Shown in pieces: positions 41,001-52,970 of a stretch of 64,000 nt of DNA (its first letter is position 1; each line of letters begins with the position of its first letter). This DNA is from Carcharhinus amblyrhynchos (lineage: Eukaryota). The notes beneath the pieces were generated by a model that was given only the letters and a program-made list of their open reading frames with translations, searched no databases and was not told the DNA's origin. Both the position numbers and the translations under genes were made by a program. The stretch covers positions 35,712,001-35,776,000 of the forward strand of contig OZ336890.1 of assembly GCA_965287045.1 (NCBI GenBank), in the 5' to 3' direction.

Positions 41001-41756
41001 AGTGTTTCCATGATTGAAAACTGCTGCATTAATATCAATTCACATCTGCAGTAAAACATGCTCACTTGAATTCTGTTGATCTCAGGCCACCAAAGCAGAA
41101 ACACTGTCTGCTGCCTTTCTGCCGAGTCACCACCCACTATGAGAAAATCTCTTTATCTGATTAACAATTAATGATAAGAACCATCATGTGTCCATTGGGA
41201 CCACCTTAGATCAGTTGCTGGGTGGTTTGTGCATTTGTTATAAGCCCTTAATTTGTGCCTCACCCAAATGGCTAGATCTGGTGTAACAATGATGTGACAC
41301 TTAGTAACAAGTGGGTCAAGTGCAACCTATGATTTGAATTTGTGCCAGGAGAACATTCATCCATCTGAATAGTCACAAACATGGTTGTTTCTGAACCTCA
41401 ACTCAGGAAATAGGTTCAGAAACAACTAAAGGATGACAATTAACTGAACAATTACGTTGATCTTCACAGGAACAGTGGTCCAATGGCACCTGGCATAAAC
41501 AACTGAATACGAACTAATTGGTTTAATCTTAAAACAGTTGGCCTTTAAATATACAGAAAAAAATCCTAGGTGTTCAGAAGCTACAACTGTACTAACACAT
41601 TCGGGGAATGTGGTTCTGTGCTAGGAGTACAGGAATCTCAATTGAGATATTCAGTCTCAAAAATGGCAAAATTAATACAAACTAGATAACTATTTGCTGC
41701 TACGCTAATTTTACTGAAATAAATGCATGTCTGCATGATTCTTAACAGAACTCAAG

Positions 41757-41938
41757 ATAGTCCAGTTTAGGCGAACTGGCATGCTAAATTGCCCCTTAGT
41801 GTCCAAAGATCTGTAGGGTAGGTGGATTAATGGGGTAAATACTGGGTTTGCGAAGATAGGGCCTGGGTGAGGTGCTCTGTCAGAGTTGGTGTAGGCTTAT
41901 CGGGCCAAATGGCCTCTTTTTGTAGGGATTCTATGATT
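41757..41938 (+). mobile_element. HE1 SINE 3' half
   Basis: catgctaaattgccccttagtgtccaaagat...gggccaaatggcctc...gggattctatgatt. Confidence 0.8.
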
Positions 41939-41964
41939 ATGGATGAGGAAGATTGTTTTATAGA

Positions 41965-42735
41965 ATTCATACTTAGGTGTGGGCATCGTTGGAAAGAATT
42001 ATTGCTCATATATCGCTGTCCTTGCAAAAGTGATGATGAGTTGTCTTCGTCAACTGCTGCAATCCATGTAGTGAAGATACATCCAAAACATTGTTTGGGG
42101 GGAGCTCCAGGATTTTAGCCCATTGATAGTGAAGGAACAGATATTTATTTCCAAATCAGGATGGTGGGTGACTTTGAGGAGAAGTTCCAGGTGGTGGTGT
42201 TGCCATGTCTCTGCTGTCCTTCTCCTTCGAGATGGTAGTGGTTGAGAGTTTGGATGGTGCTGTCTAAACTTTACTTTAGATGTTCACAAAAGACAAACTG
42301 GAGTTTTAATCACAACAGACCACACATTCAGGAGCAGTGTTCGATCTCTCAGATTTAATTTTGCGTAAAAGGGTTTATCATCATAGCTTTGCGACCTAAG
42401 GATACTTGGTGATTTTCTTCAGTGTATCTTATAAGTGGCACATACTGCTGCAGCCATGACACAATGGTGGAAGGAGTGACTGTTTGTGGATGGAGTGCCA
42501 ATCAAGCGGGCTGCTATGTCTTGGATGGTGTCAAGCTTGAGTGATGTTGGAGCTGCACTATCCAGGTAAGTGGAGAGTATTCTATCACATTCCTGATTTG
42601 TGCCTTGAAAATGGTGGACAGGAGTCAAAAAGTTAGTTACTTGCTGCAGGATCCCCAGCCTCTGAACTGCTCTTGTAGCCATAGTATTTATAATGCTAGT
42701 CCAATTCAGTGTCTGGTCAATGGCAACCCCCAAGA
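41965..42735 (-). mobile_element. L2/CR1-group LINE 3' fragment (degenerate)
   Basis: ORF 42419-42733 LGVAIDQTLNWTSIINTMATRAVQRLGIL...LDTIQDIAARLIG is a post-RT thumb region. The 3' UTR-like part is at 41965-42265. Confidence 0.75.
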
Positions 42736-43145
42736 AATTGACAGTAGTTGTTCAGCTATCCTTAGTTAATCCATTCCAGTTGCCCCATAAACCCCCTCCA
42801 TTGTAGCTTTTACTTGGTTTGTAAGTGATTTGAGATTCTCCTCTTCATTCATGTTCAATCCACACGTTGATCACTCTTTGTGAAGAGCTTCTGATATAGG
42901 TCTAGTTCTGTTCCTAAATTATTCAACAATTATCCTGGGTTGGGATAGATCTACTTGAGTTCGTGAACAGTTGTGTTCAACTGCCATAGAAAGAATTCCT
43001 TCCTAAACTGCTCTTCCCGTTCACCCTGAAACAATTATTCACATTTACAACTAATCAGTTAAGTTCCTCCGAAATGAAATTCAATATATGTTCAGTGCAC
43101 ATCCTTACTTTCTTCCACATGGTACTTTTTGTAGGTCAGACTTAC

Positions 43146-43378
43146 CTATGCCGAGGGTGCCAGTAGCTGCTGTCCAGCCCATGACTGGGGGAATGGCTCC
43201 AACCACGGACCCTACCCAGGTGTTAAGTATACTCAATCGTTTCATTGGGGTGTAGCAGCATGTGTAGAGGAAAATGTTAAAGGCTCCCAAAGCTCCAGTC
43301 AATGGGTTTACTCCAAGAGTCAGCAGAGCTATACCAGGCACACTGCAGGCAACGGCAAAGGACACTGCATGGAGTGGG
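43146..43378 (-). CDS. COX10: COX10 internal coding exon (human exon 6 equivalent, 233 bp)
   Basis: ccccag|C CCA CTC CAT GCA GTG TCC TTT..., encoding [77 protein letters not shown]. Donor G|GTAAG at 43145-43141. Confidence 0.96.
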
Positions 43379-44189
43379 CTGGGGGTTTAAAATAAAACAT
43401 AGATAAGCAAATTGCACAAGTTATGCTCTTTACACAATTTCAATTACAAAGAAAAAAAAAATCAGTCAATGGTGTTCTCAGTATCATTGCTTCAGACTTT
43501 AACATTGCAGTTAAATGTCCACACACCAAATAGAACTGTTAGCTGCTCTTTCCTACCATCACTTTCTCTATTGCCCACAATAATGTGGTCAAGTCACTGG
43601 ATCACTTTGTGTCAGTTGCTTTTGACTTGTCTTCAATTACGAATGCCCAAAGTTGCCATTATTTTGAGATTATGTTGGGGCAACTTTTTTTTTTGCACAT
43701 TGATAGATGGATAGGGGGGGAATTTGACCAATGAATATAATCAGTATTAGTTCTTAGGAGTCATTTATAGCAATGAAGGGGACCATTTGGCCCATTGAGT
43801 CTATGCTGGGTATTTTGCAAATTTCCTCCTGTGAAGACAATCAAAGGTAATTTGCCAGTTTTCTTTTTAAGCTTCTAAATTAGTTAGTAATTAAGTTATT
43901 AGCACGTCTGCAGCAGCCATTGTTACAAGTAAATTATTTCATGATTTGCTTGGACATAAAAAAATTACAATGAGGGGGGCTGACTGGATATTAACTCAAA
44001 AGTGATTAAGTGAATTATAGATGCCACTCAAATGAAGGTATCTCTCATGCATCACGTTTGTCTATGTATACCACTTGTAGGGTTTCAGAAAAATCTAATC
44101 AATGTATACTTATAATTCTTAGTTGCATTGACTTGAGTTCAAGTGTTTTTAACTTCTGCTGTTGTTTTCCGTTGAAGCTTTCCATAGAG

Positions 44190-44361
44190 ACATAGAAACA
44201 TAGAAAATAGGAGTAGGCTATTTGGGCCTTTGAGTCTACTCCACCATTCAATATGATGGCTGATCATCAAATTCAATATCCTGATTCTGCCTTCTCTCCA
44301 TATCCCTTGATCCCTTTAGCTCCGAGTTGTATCTAATTTCTTCTTGAAATCACAAAATTAC
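44190..44361 (-). mobile_element. CR1 3' tail, same subfamily as 52971-54290
   Basis: acatagaaacatagaaaatagg...ggctgatcatcaaattc...ctaatttcttcttgaaatcaca matches 52975-53147. Confidence 0.8.
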
Positions 44362-44624
44362 AAGCAAAGTTTTGATACCCTCAGAAAACAGTGTTTCACT
44401 GAATGCCTTGAATTTACTAAGCGAGTAGTGAACCACACAGACAGCCTCAGGATTAATTCTATCAACGCTGAGTTAGCTGATTTCAGCTGTCTAGGTTTAC
44501 ACTTTCCATTGCCAGCCAGTGACCCCAGGTGAAGGTGGGTACATTTGGATGTTGGCAGAGGACAGGATCCACCTCAGATACAAGCCTCTGCAGTAAAACC
44601 CTTGCTCTCAGTCAACGCTGAGCC

Positions 44625-44901
44625 ACGTGCTTGGATGGAGCAAAGGTTCACCAAATTGATACTTGGGATTTGGGGTCTTGTCCGATGACGCAAGGGTTAG
44701 CGAATTGGGCTTACATTCTCTGGAGTTGAGAGGAATGAGAGGCAATCACATTGAAACCTACATAACCTGAAGGGGGCTTGAGAGCTTAGACGCTGAGCGA
44801 TTACTTCCTTTGGTCGGGGAATCTAAAACATGGAGGCACCGTAAGAGATTGATCATTTAGGGCTGAAGTGAGGAGAAATTATTTCATCAAATGATTATGA
44901 A
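44625..44901 (+). mobile_element. Older CR1 3' fragment, left part (split by a nested insertion)
   Basis: gcaaaggttcaccaaattgatac...gaggagaaattatttcatcaaatgattatgaa, which continues at 46311 cctttggaattttctagcccagaggg. Confidence 0.75.
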
Positions 44902-46305
44902 CATAAGAACATAAGAAATAGGAGCAGGAGTAGGCCATCCAGCCCTTCGAGCCTGCCCCGCCATTCAATAAGATCATGGCTGATCTGTCGCTGCTCAGTT
45001 CCACTTTCCCGCCCTCTCCCCATAACCCTTAATCCCCTCTCCTATCAAAAACCCATCAACCCGTGTCTTAAAAATATTTAGCGAGGCAGCCTCCACCACT
45101 TAAACGGGCAGAGAATTCCAGAGATTCACCACCCTTTGAGTGAAGAAGTTCCTCCTCAACTCTGTTCTAAACCGCCCCCCTTTTATCTTGAGGCTGTGCC
45201 CCCTAGTCCTATTGTCTTTTTTGAGTGGGAAGAGTCTTTCCACCTCTATCCTATCCATCCCATTCATCATCTTATACGTCTCAATGAGATCTCCTCTCAT
45301 TCTTCTAAACTCTAACGAGTACAAGCCCAGTTTATTCAGCCTCTCCTCATAGCTCAACCCCCTCAACTCCGGTATCAGCCTAGTAAACCTCCTCTGCACT
45401 CCCTCCAAGGCCAAAATATCTTTGCGCAGGTGCGGCACCCAAAAATGCACACAGTACTCCAGTTGCGGCCTCACCAATGCCCTATACAGCTGCAGCAAGA
45501 CCTCCCTACTTTTATATTCAATCCCCTTCGCTATGAAGGCCAGCATCCCATTCGCCTTCCTGACCACCTGCTGCACCTGCAAGCTGGGTTTTTGCGACTC
45601 ATGCACAAGGACCCCGAGGTCCCTCTGCATTTCTTTCAGAACCCTCGGATGCATTCCATCCGGTCCTGGGGACTTGTCCACAATCAGCCCCTCCAGTCTG
45701 TCGAGCACCGCCTTTCTAGTAACAGTAATGTCATTAAGACCCTCCAGTCCTACCACCTTTCTATCGCTAACACCCGGCAAATTATTCACGTCCTCCTCCG
45801 TGAAGACAGAAACAAAAAAATTATTCAATACCTTAGCCATATCCCCATCCCCTACCACTAGGTCCCCTTTCTCATCCTCTAAAGGACCAACATTCACCCT
45901 AGCCAGCCTCTTCCTTTTTATATATTTATAAAAACTCTTGCTATCCTTTTTTATATTAAGCGCTAGCCCAGCTTCATAGTTTCTCCTACCCTTCCTTATC
46001 AACTTCTTTGTCAATCTTTGTTGACATTTAAACTTCTCCCAATCCTCTTCTCGCCCACTACTCTTAGCTACTCTAAATTCCTCCGCTTTTAGTTTAACAC
46101 TTTCCTTCACCTCCTTTGTTATCCACGGCTTATTACCTCTCCTCCTACTATCCTTTTTGACCATCGGAATAAATTTCCGTTGAGCACCAAGAAAGATCTC
46201 CTTAAAGATCCTCCACTGCTCCTTAACAGACCCTCCCTCCAACGCGCTCTCCCAGTCCACATTCGCCAATTCTTCTCTCATCCTACCGTATTTCCCTCTA
46301 TTCAA
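44902..46305 (-). mobile_element. Young CR1/HER1 LINE, 5' truncated, with in-frame loss of the RT core
   Basis: 401-codon open frame of CR1 ORF2 (KPWITKEVK...KSFYKYIK...KSPGPDGMHPRVLKEM|QRDLGVLVH...RPQLEYC...FFTQRVVNLWNSLP). No GVPQGS or YADD motif is present. Tail (TTCTTATG)n at 44902-44917. Confidence 0.93.
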
Positions 46306-46310
46306 ACAAA

Positions 46311-46522
46311 CCTTTGGAATTTTCTAGCCCAGAGGGTTGTGGATGCTCCATCGTTAAATATATACAAGGCTCGGATGGATAGATTTTTCGGCTCTTGGGG
46401 ACGTAAGGGATATGGGTGGTAAAAAGGAGCTGAAGCCTAGGATCAGCCAAGATTGTATTGAATGGAGGGGTAATCTTCATGGACCGTGTGATCTACTCCT
46501 GCTCTTGTTTCTTATGTTATGT
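46311..46522 (+). mobile_element. Older CR1 3' fragment, right part
   Basis: cctttggaattttctagcccagagggttgtggatgctcca...ctactcctgctcttgtttcttatgttatg. Confidence 0.8.
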
Positions 46523-46839
46523 TAAGCTCAAATGTTATTAGCTTCTAGCAGGGGAACAAAAACACTTAAAAGCACAAGGGACATAAAGCCACTAATATTA
46601 TAGACTCTGGGATTTAACAAAAGACAATGTTGATCAGTGTCTTTAATAGCAGTCTCACTGTAGTAAGCAAATTGCTCCCAACTCACTACAGGTTTGGAAG
46701 CTGATTTATGCCAGTATCTTGAAACCTGGCCCAATTTTCTTTGGAATCAGTGGCATGCATCTCCTGAAGGTTTCAATGTCCTAATATTTGTGTGCTAATG
46801 ACATTTGGAGAGCATGGACCGTAACATTAAAAGAAAAAA

Positions 46840-47233
46840 TAGATTTGCATTTCTAAAGCGCCTTTCATAACTTCCGTGTGTCTCCAAGTGTTTGGCAACC
46901 GATGAAGTACTTTTGACGTTGGAATGCAGGACACATGACACCCAACTTGCATGGAGTTTGGTCCCATAAACAGCAATGTGGTACTGACCAGATGAGCCAT
47001 TTTGCAATGTTGATTAGGGGATAAATATAGAACAGGACAACTTCCCTGTCCTACTCCAAATTTACACTATAGGAACTTCAAGTCCACTTTGGTGAGCAGA
47101 CTGGGCTTTAACTCAACACTTCACCTGAAAGATGGCACCTTCAACACTGTATCATTCCCTCAATAATGCACTGGAGTAGGACTTAAAACCTGGAACCTTC
47201 TGACTCAGAGGTGAATGCGCTACCAACTGAGCA
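46840..47233 (-). mobile_element. DeuSINE-like (SacSINE1-type) element, near full length
   Basis: tRNA-like head gctcagttggtagcgcattcacctctgagtcagaaggttccagg, central Deu-like domain, L2-type tail aaaggcgctttagaaatgcaa. Confidence 0.7.
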
Positions 47234-47664
47234 ATTATTGACCCCATGTTCAAAATTGTGTAGTTAATACTGCAAGTAAACTGGTTGCAAGTTACCAGGG
47301 ACAAAAAAAAATCATTAAAGTAGGTTGAAGGAGTGGGACCAAATTTTGACGTCATCCTATCATCTCATTCATTCTTTCTGAACATGAACTATGTTTGCAA
47401 TGCAGATCAAATGTGAAACCACTAGATGCCAAGGATTTCACATGAGTTTGGCACTCAATGTGACCTCAAACTGTTTCTCTGTATTGCCAAAATTTGTATG
47501 CTAATGCACCTTTGGATGCTGGATTTAATACAGTATGCATTTAACTCGTACTAAAAACATAATATGTCTTTAATGATGCAAGTCAATTATTGAGTCAAAT
47601 GCAGGCTTATTACTCTGTTATTACATGTTCTCTATGTAGAATACTTTTTAAACAAAGTTTTTTT

Positions 47665-47950
47665 TAAGTTAATCTATTTGTCACAAGTAGGCTTACATTA
47701 ACACTGCAATGAAGTTACTGTGAAAATACCATAGTCACCACACTCCGGCACCTATTCAGGTACACTGAGGGAGAATTTAGCACCTAACCAGCACCCCATT
47801 TCGAACTGTGGGAGGAACCTGGAGCATCTGAAGGAAACGTACACAGACACAGGGAGAACACTAAGACTCGGCACAGACAGTGATCTAAGCTGGGAATCGA
47901 AGCCAGGTCCCTGGTGCTGTGAGGCAGCAGTGCTCACCACTGTGTCGCCC
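47665..47950 (-). mobile_element. V-SINE, alternative tail
   Basis: Same head, V-domain and tail as 36721-37031. Confidence 0.88.
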
Positions 47951-49089
47951 ACATTATCACAGGGGTTACATTTTAAGAAAATAAACTCGATGGTTGCAAT
48001 TACTTTTGGTTACAGACAGAAAACATGCTGTGTAAATGTATATTCTGTATTTCAGTCAGTCTGTCCTGAAGCACAGCAAAATATTTACAGGGAGATTTAT
48101 GATTGCAAATCCTATAGGTTTTGATGATAAATTGCTTTATCTTCATTTGAATGTTATCATTATGGATGTTGCAGCTAAGTAATGAACACCAATGTTCTGC
48201 ATAAGACAAGGAAAATTCACTATTACATAAATAACATGTGAAAATTAATGATGATTTTGATGAACATTGTATAAATCAGATTATCTTTCAAATAAAGCAA
48301 CCCTTTTGAAGGGATTCCAAGAAGCAGCTTGATTCCACACTGTCCAAAGACAGTAGCACAACTCCCAACACTTTTTCTGACAGTCTGATTCTTTCATTGT
48401 AAAACAAGTAGTCGAACATGAAAAGTAACAGAATGTGGGGTTAATGAAACAAAGAAGTTGAGGCGGTAGAGCTCTGTTGTGTGGCAAATGTTGATGACAA
48501 TATCTTTTACAAAGGTTTCTTGGGGGCAGATGGTGTTGCTTCACAATTGCATAGCGTGAACAGGTTCTGGTGCATGGCCAGGCATGACTCCCTATCTATC
48601 ATCCCGGAACAAGCCAGGAACATTGTGGAGTTTCACCAGCCTGTCACATCAGGATAGTAAGCAACTTTCAGCAAATGAAGGATGAACACAGAGTGCTGTG
48701 ATGATAGAGAGTCAATTCATTCAGAGCAGCCACTTATCCTTTATCCTGCAAGATTCCACAAATCACAGCAGGAGGAATGTTAACGTTTAAACTCATCGAC
48801 AGTCAAGTAACACTTCAGCCCACTTAGTAACAGATTTTTACACCTGTAAGCATTTTACAAGAGGACTCAGTGCACTGCAGTACTTTTACAGTTTGCCTTT
48901 TGAAGATTATTCCCTTAAAATGAGACAAAAGATTTTGTTTATAAGTTCCAGGATACTAAAACTGAGAGAGAATCAGGATAAATTTTGATAAAAGGTTCAA
49001 GATCATAGGTTTGGGACCAGCTAGCACTCTTTTGGATGGGAAATGCTGACCAGCTCTGAAAGAAATCCTGTGGTTTAAATTTTAAGTCT

Positions 49090-49350
49090 AAGTTTATTTA
49101 TTAATGTCATCTGTCAGCTTACATTAACACTGCAGTGAAAATCCGACAGTCGCCATGGGGGAGAATTTAGATTGGCCAATGCACCTAACCAGCATGTCCT
49201 TTGGACTGTGGGAGGCAACTGGAGTACTTGAAGGAAACCCACCAAGACATGGGGAGAACACAAACACAGCACTGATGGGGACCCAAGCCAGAAATTGAAT
49301 CCAGTCCCTGGCACTGTGAGGCACAGTGCTAACCACTGTACTACCGTGCC
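49090..49350 (-). mobile_element. V-SINE, alternative tail, with internal deletions
   Basis: gcttacattaacactgcagtgaaaatcc...gtgctaaccactgtactaccgtgcc. Confidence 0.85.
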
Positions 49351-50707
49351 ACTATGCTGCCTATAGCAGTGGAGAAAGGGAAGAGTGGGAAAGTCAAAGT
49401 TACAAATTTCAAATAGTACTTTCCATTTTAAATTCAGTTTTTTGTTTTGTTAGTTCTGAAATCATGAGAACATTTGAATAACTTGCAGCAATTCCAGTTG
49501 GATGTCTTGCTTTGCCAAATCACAAGAAATAGCAGAGGTGGAATACAACTTTTCAGCTGCCATGCAGAAACAAGCTGGATCTGATTACATTTCCCTAAAC
49601 ATTTATATTGAAAAATGCAAATCCATACATTAACACATGATTTTGTTTTACAGAGTTTGGCCATCAGACTTTCTACTGTGAACCACATTTAGGGCTAACT
49701 TCCAATAGTTTACAGTATGGCTGTCATCTCATAGATAATCTGGTAAAGGAACACAAATTATAGTGACTGAAATGATCTGCTGACTCCTGCATGCATAGAT
49801 TATCACTCAAAGCAGGACTAATCATTTTGGAATTTCAATTTTTCATGAAGTCTGCAAATGCTCATCGTTAAATGCCTTCCATCCTATCCATCATATATTC
49901 ATGATGTTTGTCACTGAGACATAACTGGATTAATGCAAGGAAAGGAATAATATTTTCTTCAAATAAGAATGGATGTGGACTAGAAGTCTTTGATTAAGCA
50001 TGTCTGGCGTCAGGCAGATATGGAAAGATTTATGTGGGAAAAATATCAGCGAAGAGGAAACGGTGTAACAAAGACAGGGATAAAATGGTCACCCGAATGC
50101 TTCAGCATTCACCCTTTCCCTCCATCTCCCCATATACCAAACAAGAGAGTATCTGAGATCCAACACTGCCACTTCTTAATGGAAAGCAGATTAGACTGAA
50201 CTTCCATCTGTAGAAGAATCTCTAGGCTAGTTTCTCCTTAAAGAATTCTTGAAACAGAAATATGTGATATTGGTTTTCTGTTCAATAAAATACGTCATGC
50301 AAATATATCTGAATATCTTTAAATCTTAGATGCAATTGACTGACTAGAATAAAAATATAGCATAGACTTAATGAACATAGTGTTAATTGAGAAATGTGCC
50401 AATGAGTATTCAGTACTCATGGCACAGAGATGGGATTCAATGTGAAATTGGTGGAAGTACTTGCAGCAAAAATTAATTTAGCAATATTTTTAACAGCTTT
50501 GTAAATAATTTTTTTCAATAAGTTTGTTATGTCTTTTCAATAAATCATTCTCAAGCATCAAAACAATAGGTTACAAAATATGGCCTTATGGGAATAGATA
50601 GAGAAGACTTATCAAACTTGGAAAAATAATTTCTCATTTCTTTATGCTTTAAACAGTGGTCTTTTTCCAAAGATGTTTATACTGAACTGAAAGTGTGTAA
50701 CTGCATG

Positions 50708-50978
50708 GCATGGTGGCACAATGGTTAGCTCTGCTGCTTCACAGTGCCAGGGACCCAGATTCAATTCCGTGCTTGAGTCACCATCAGTGTGGAGTTTGCA
50801 TGTTTTCCCTGTGTCTACATGTGTTTCCTCCAAGTCTCCAGTTTCCTCCCACAGTCTGAAAGACATGCTGGTTGGGTGCACTGACCCAAATAGGCGCCGA
50901 AGTGTGGCGACTAGGGGAATTTCACAGTAACTTCATTGCAGTGTTAATGTAAGCCTTATTTGTGACTTATAAATAAAT
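50708..50978 (+). mobile_element. V-SINE, alternative tail
   Basis: ggcatggtggcacaatggttagc...gtggcgactaggggaatttcacagtaacttcattgcagtgttaatgtaagcc. Confidence 0.88.
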
Positions 50979-51169
50979 TTAAATTTAAATTTCAACTTTA
51001 ACTGAACAATTAGAGTGCTGGAGGACAGCATGATGGTGCAGCGCATTGAATGTGATGAAGAAAAACTGCTTGCATATATATGAGTATCATTTGTAATCTC
51101 AGACTGTCCTAGTGTGCTTCATGGATAATCTCTGAAGGGTAGGAGTAACTGTAGTAATCAAGGAAACAA

Positions 51170-51375
51170 TCCCTGAAGTGTAGTAACTGTGGTAACATAA
51201 GGAAATTTGGCAGCCAATTTGTGAACAGCAGAATTCCACAAACAGAATTGGATAGGTGATCAAATAATTCGCTTTTGGAATGATACCCCAGAGATAAATA
51301 ATAACAAAGTGATTGAGAGAATTCTGTTACTTTTCTTTGAGTAATCATGGAGTCTTTTATACCCTGATCAGACCT
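51170..51375 (-). mobile_element. DeuSINE-like central fragment
   Basis: tgaagtgtagtaactgtggtaacataaggaaatttggcagccaatttgtgaacagcagaattccacaaacag. Confidence 0.55.
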
Positions 51376-51459
51376 GCATTTATATAACATCATATCACTT
51401 CTGGACATCGTGCAGTGCTTAAAAACCAGTGAAGTGTTTTGAAGTGCATTTATTAGAAC

Positions 51460-51760
51460 AATAGAATCCCTACAGTGCAGTAGGAGGCCATTCTGCCCAT
51501 CATATCTGCACCAACAATAATCCCTCCTAGGCCCTATTCCTCTAACCTCAAATATTTACTCTGACACTAAAGGGCAAGTTAGCACGACCAATTAACCTAA
51601 CGTGCACATCTTTGGTCTGTGGGAGGAAACTGGGGCACCTGGAAGAAACCCACGTAGACACAGGGAGAATGTGCAGACTCCACACAGAGAGTGACCTGAG
51701 GCCAGAATTGAACTCGGGTCCCTGGGGCTGTGAGGCAGCAGTGCTAGCCACCGTGCTGCC
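51460..51760 (-). mobile_element. HE1 V-SINE, full length
   Basis: atagaatccctacagtgcagtaggaggccatt...gcagtgctagccaccgtgctgccc. Confidence 0.88.
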
Positions 51761-52582
51761 CTCACTGTTATTGTTGTTACATAAGCAAACATAGTGACTA
51801 TCGGCACACAGCAAGGTTTTACATAGAGTAAAATGCCCTGTTAAGATTTTTTTTCCCCATGATGGTCAAGGGATAAACATTGGCCAGATATTTGATACCC
51901 ACCTGAAAAGGTAGATGGGCTCTCAGTTTAACAACTGCACTATTGCACTGAAGTGTCTGGAGCATTTAATGTTCAAGACCTGAGGCAGAAGTAAGAGTGC
52001 TAATAAATGAATGAGCTAACTCTTATTACAAGATAAGCCAGGGTGGAAAGGTTGTGAATTTTTTGGGGAATAGACAAAAAGGACAATAATTGTAGTTTGA
52101 ATGGTCAGAAATTACTTTCCCATTTCGAGGCATGTCCAATCAAATATCCAATGGTGGCAGTGAAGAAAATCCCAGTTAGGTACAGTGACTGACTGAACAT
52201 GAAACACTGGGGAACTCCCAAAATCACTCTCACTTTAGTCAACTGTGCACACTTACTGGATAGGACACAGGAAAATAAAACAATTTGTTTGAAAATCACT
52301 TAGATTACATGGTTATGAACTTTCCTATTTAAAATTTACAGTTAACAATGACCAAAGAAAGCAGCATAACATTTCCACTGCTAATGAGATACATTAAACT
52401 GGTTTTAAAATACAACTTCACTAAGTCAGCTTAATACAAAGCCAAAAGTGCTTCATGTTGAGGCACACTACCAACCCCAGTCCAACTTGTTACTATGAAG
52501 TCAATACAAGTGAGACAAGTAAAAGGGACAACTTACAGGAATTGGTCACCTTATTGAATAACACTAAAGCAGTTACTAAAAT

Positions 52583-52865
52583 GGGGCGGCACTGTAGCAC
52601 AGAGTTAGCGCTGCTGCTTCACAGCGCCAGAGATCCGGGTTCGATTCCCGGCTTGGGTCACTGTCTGTGTGGAGTTTTCACGTTCTTTGTGTCTGTGTGG
52701 GTTTCCTCTGGGTGCTCTGGTTTCCTCCCATATTCTGAAAGACATGCTGGTTAGGTGCAATGACACGAACAGGTGCCGGACTATGGCGACGAGGGGAATT
52801 TCACAGTAACTCCATTGCAATACTAATGTAAGCCTTACTTGTGACTAATAAATAAACTTTACTTT
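52583..52865 (+). mobile_element. V-SINE, alternative tail
   Basis: Intact B box GGTTCGATTCC near 52638; tail gtgactaataaataaactttacttta. Confidence 0.9.
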
Positions 52866-52970
52866 AGATAACTAACACTCATTAGGCTTTATACTGAACT
52901 ACTTTTAATTAGTATTAGGAGACAGTATTGGAAGACAATTTTAGTCCCATAGTTTGGTGCCACATTAACA

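Noticed and set aside
43105-43145. ORF tail [12 protein letters not shown] after the COX10 exon
   Set aside because: Intronic read-through past the GTAAG donor.
45422-45931. 169-aa and 143-aa + strand ORFs
   Set aside because: Antisense to CR1 ORF2.
45100-46305. Possible domesticated host gene
   Set aside because: It has no ATG start, is 5' truncated, has a premature TAA and keeps the LINE 3' tail. The open frame is adequately explained by young age.
52583-52665. tRNA gene-like A/B boxes, also in other SINE heads
   Set aside because: These are SINE heads running into a V-domain, and I could not build a complete cloverleaf.
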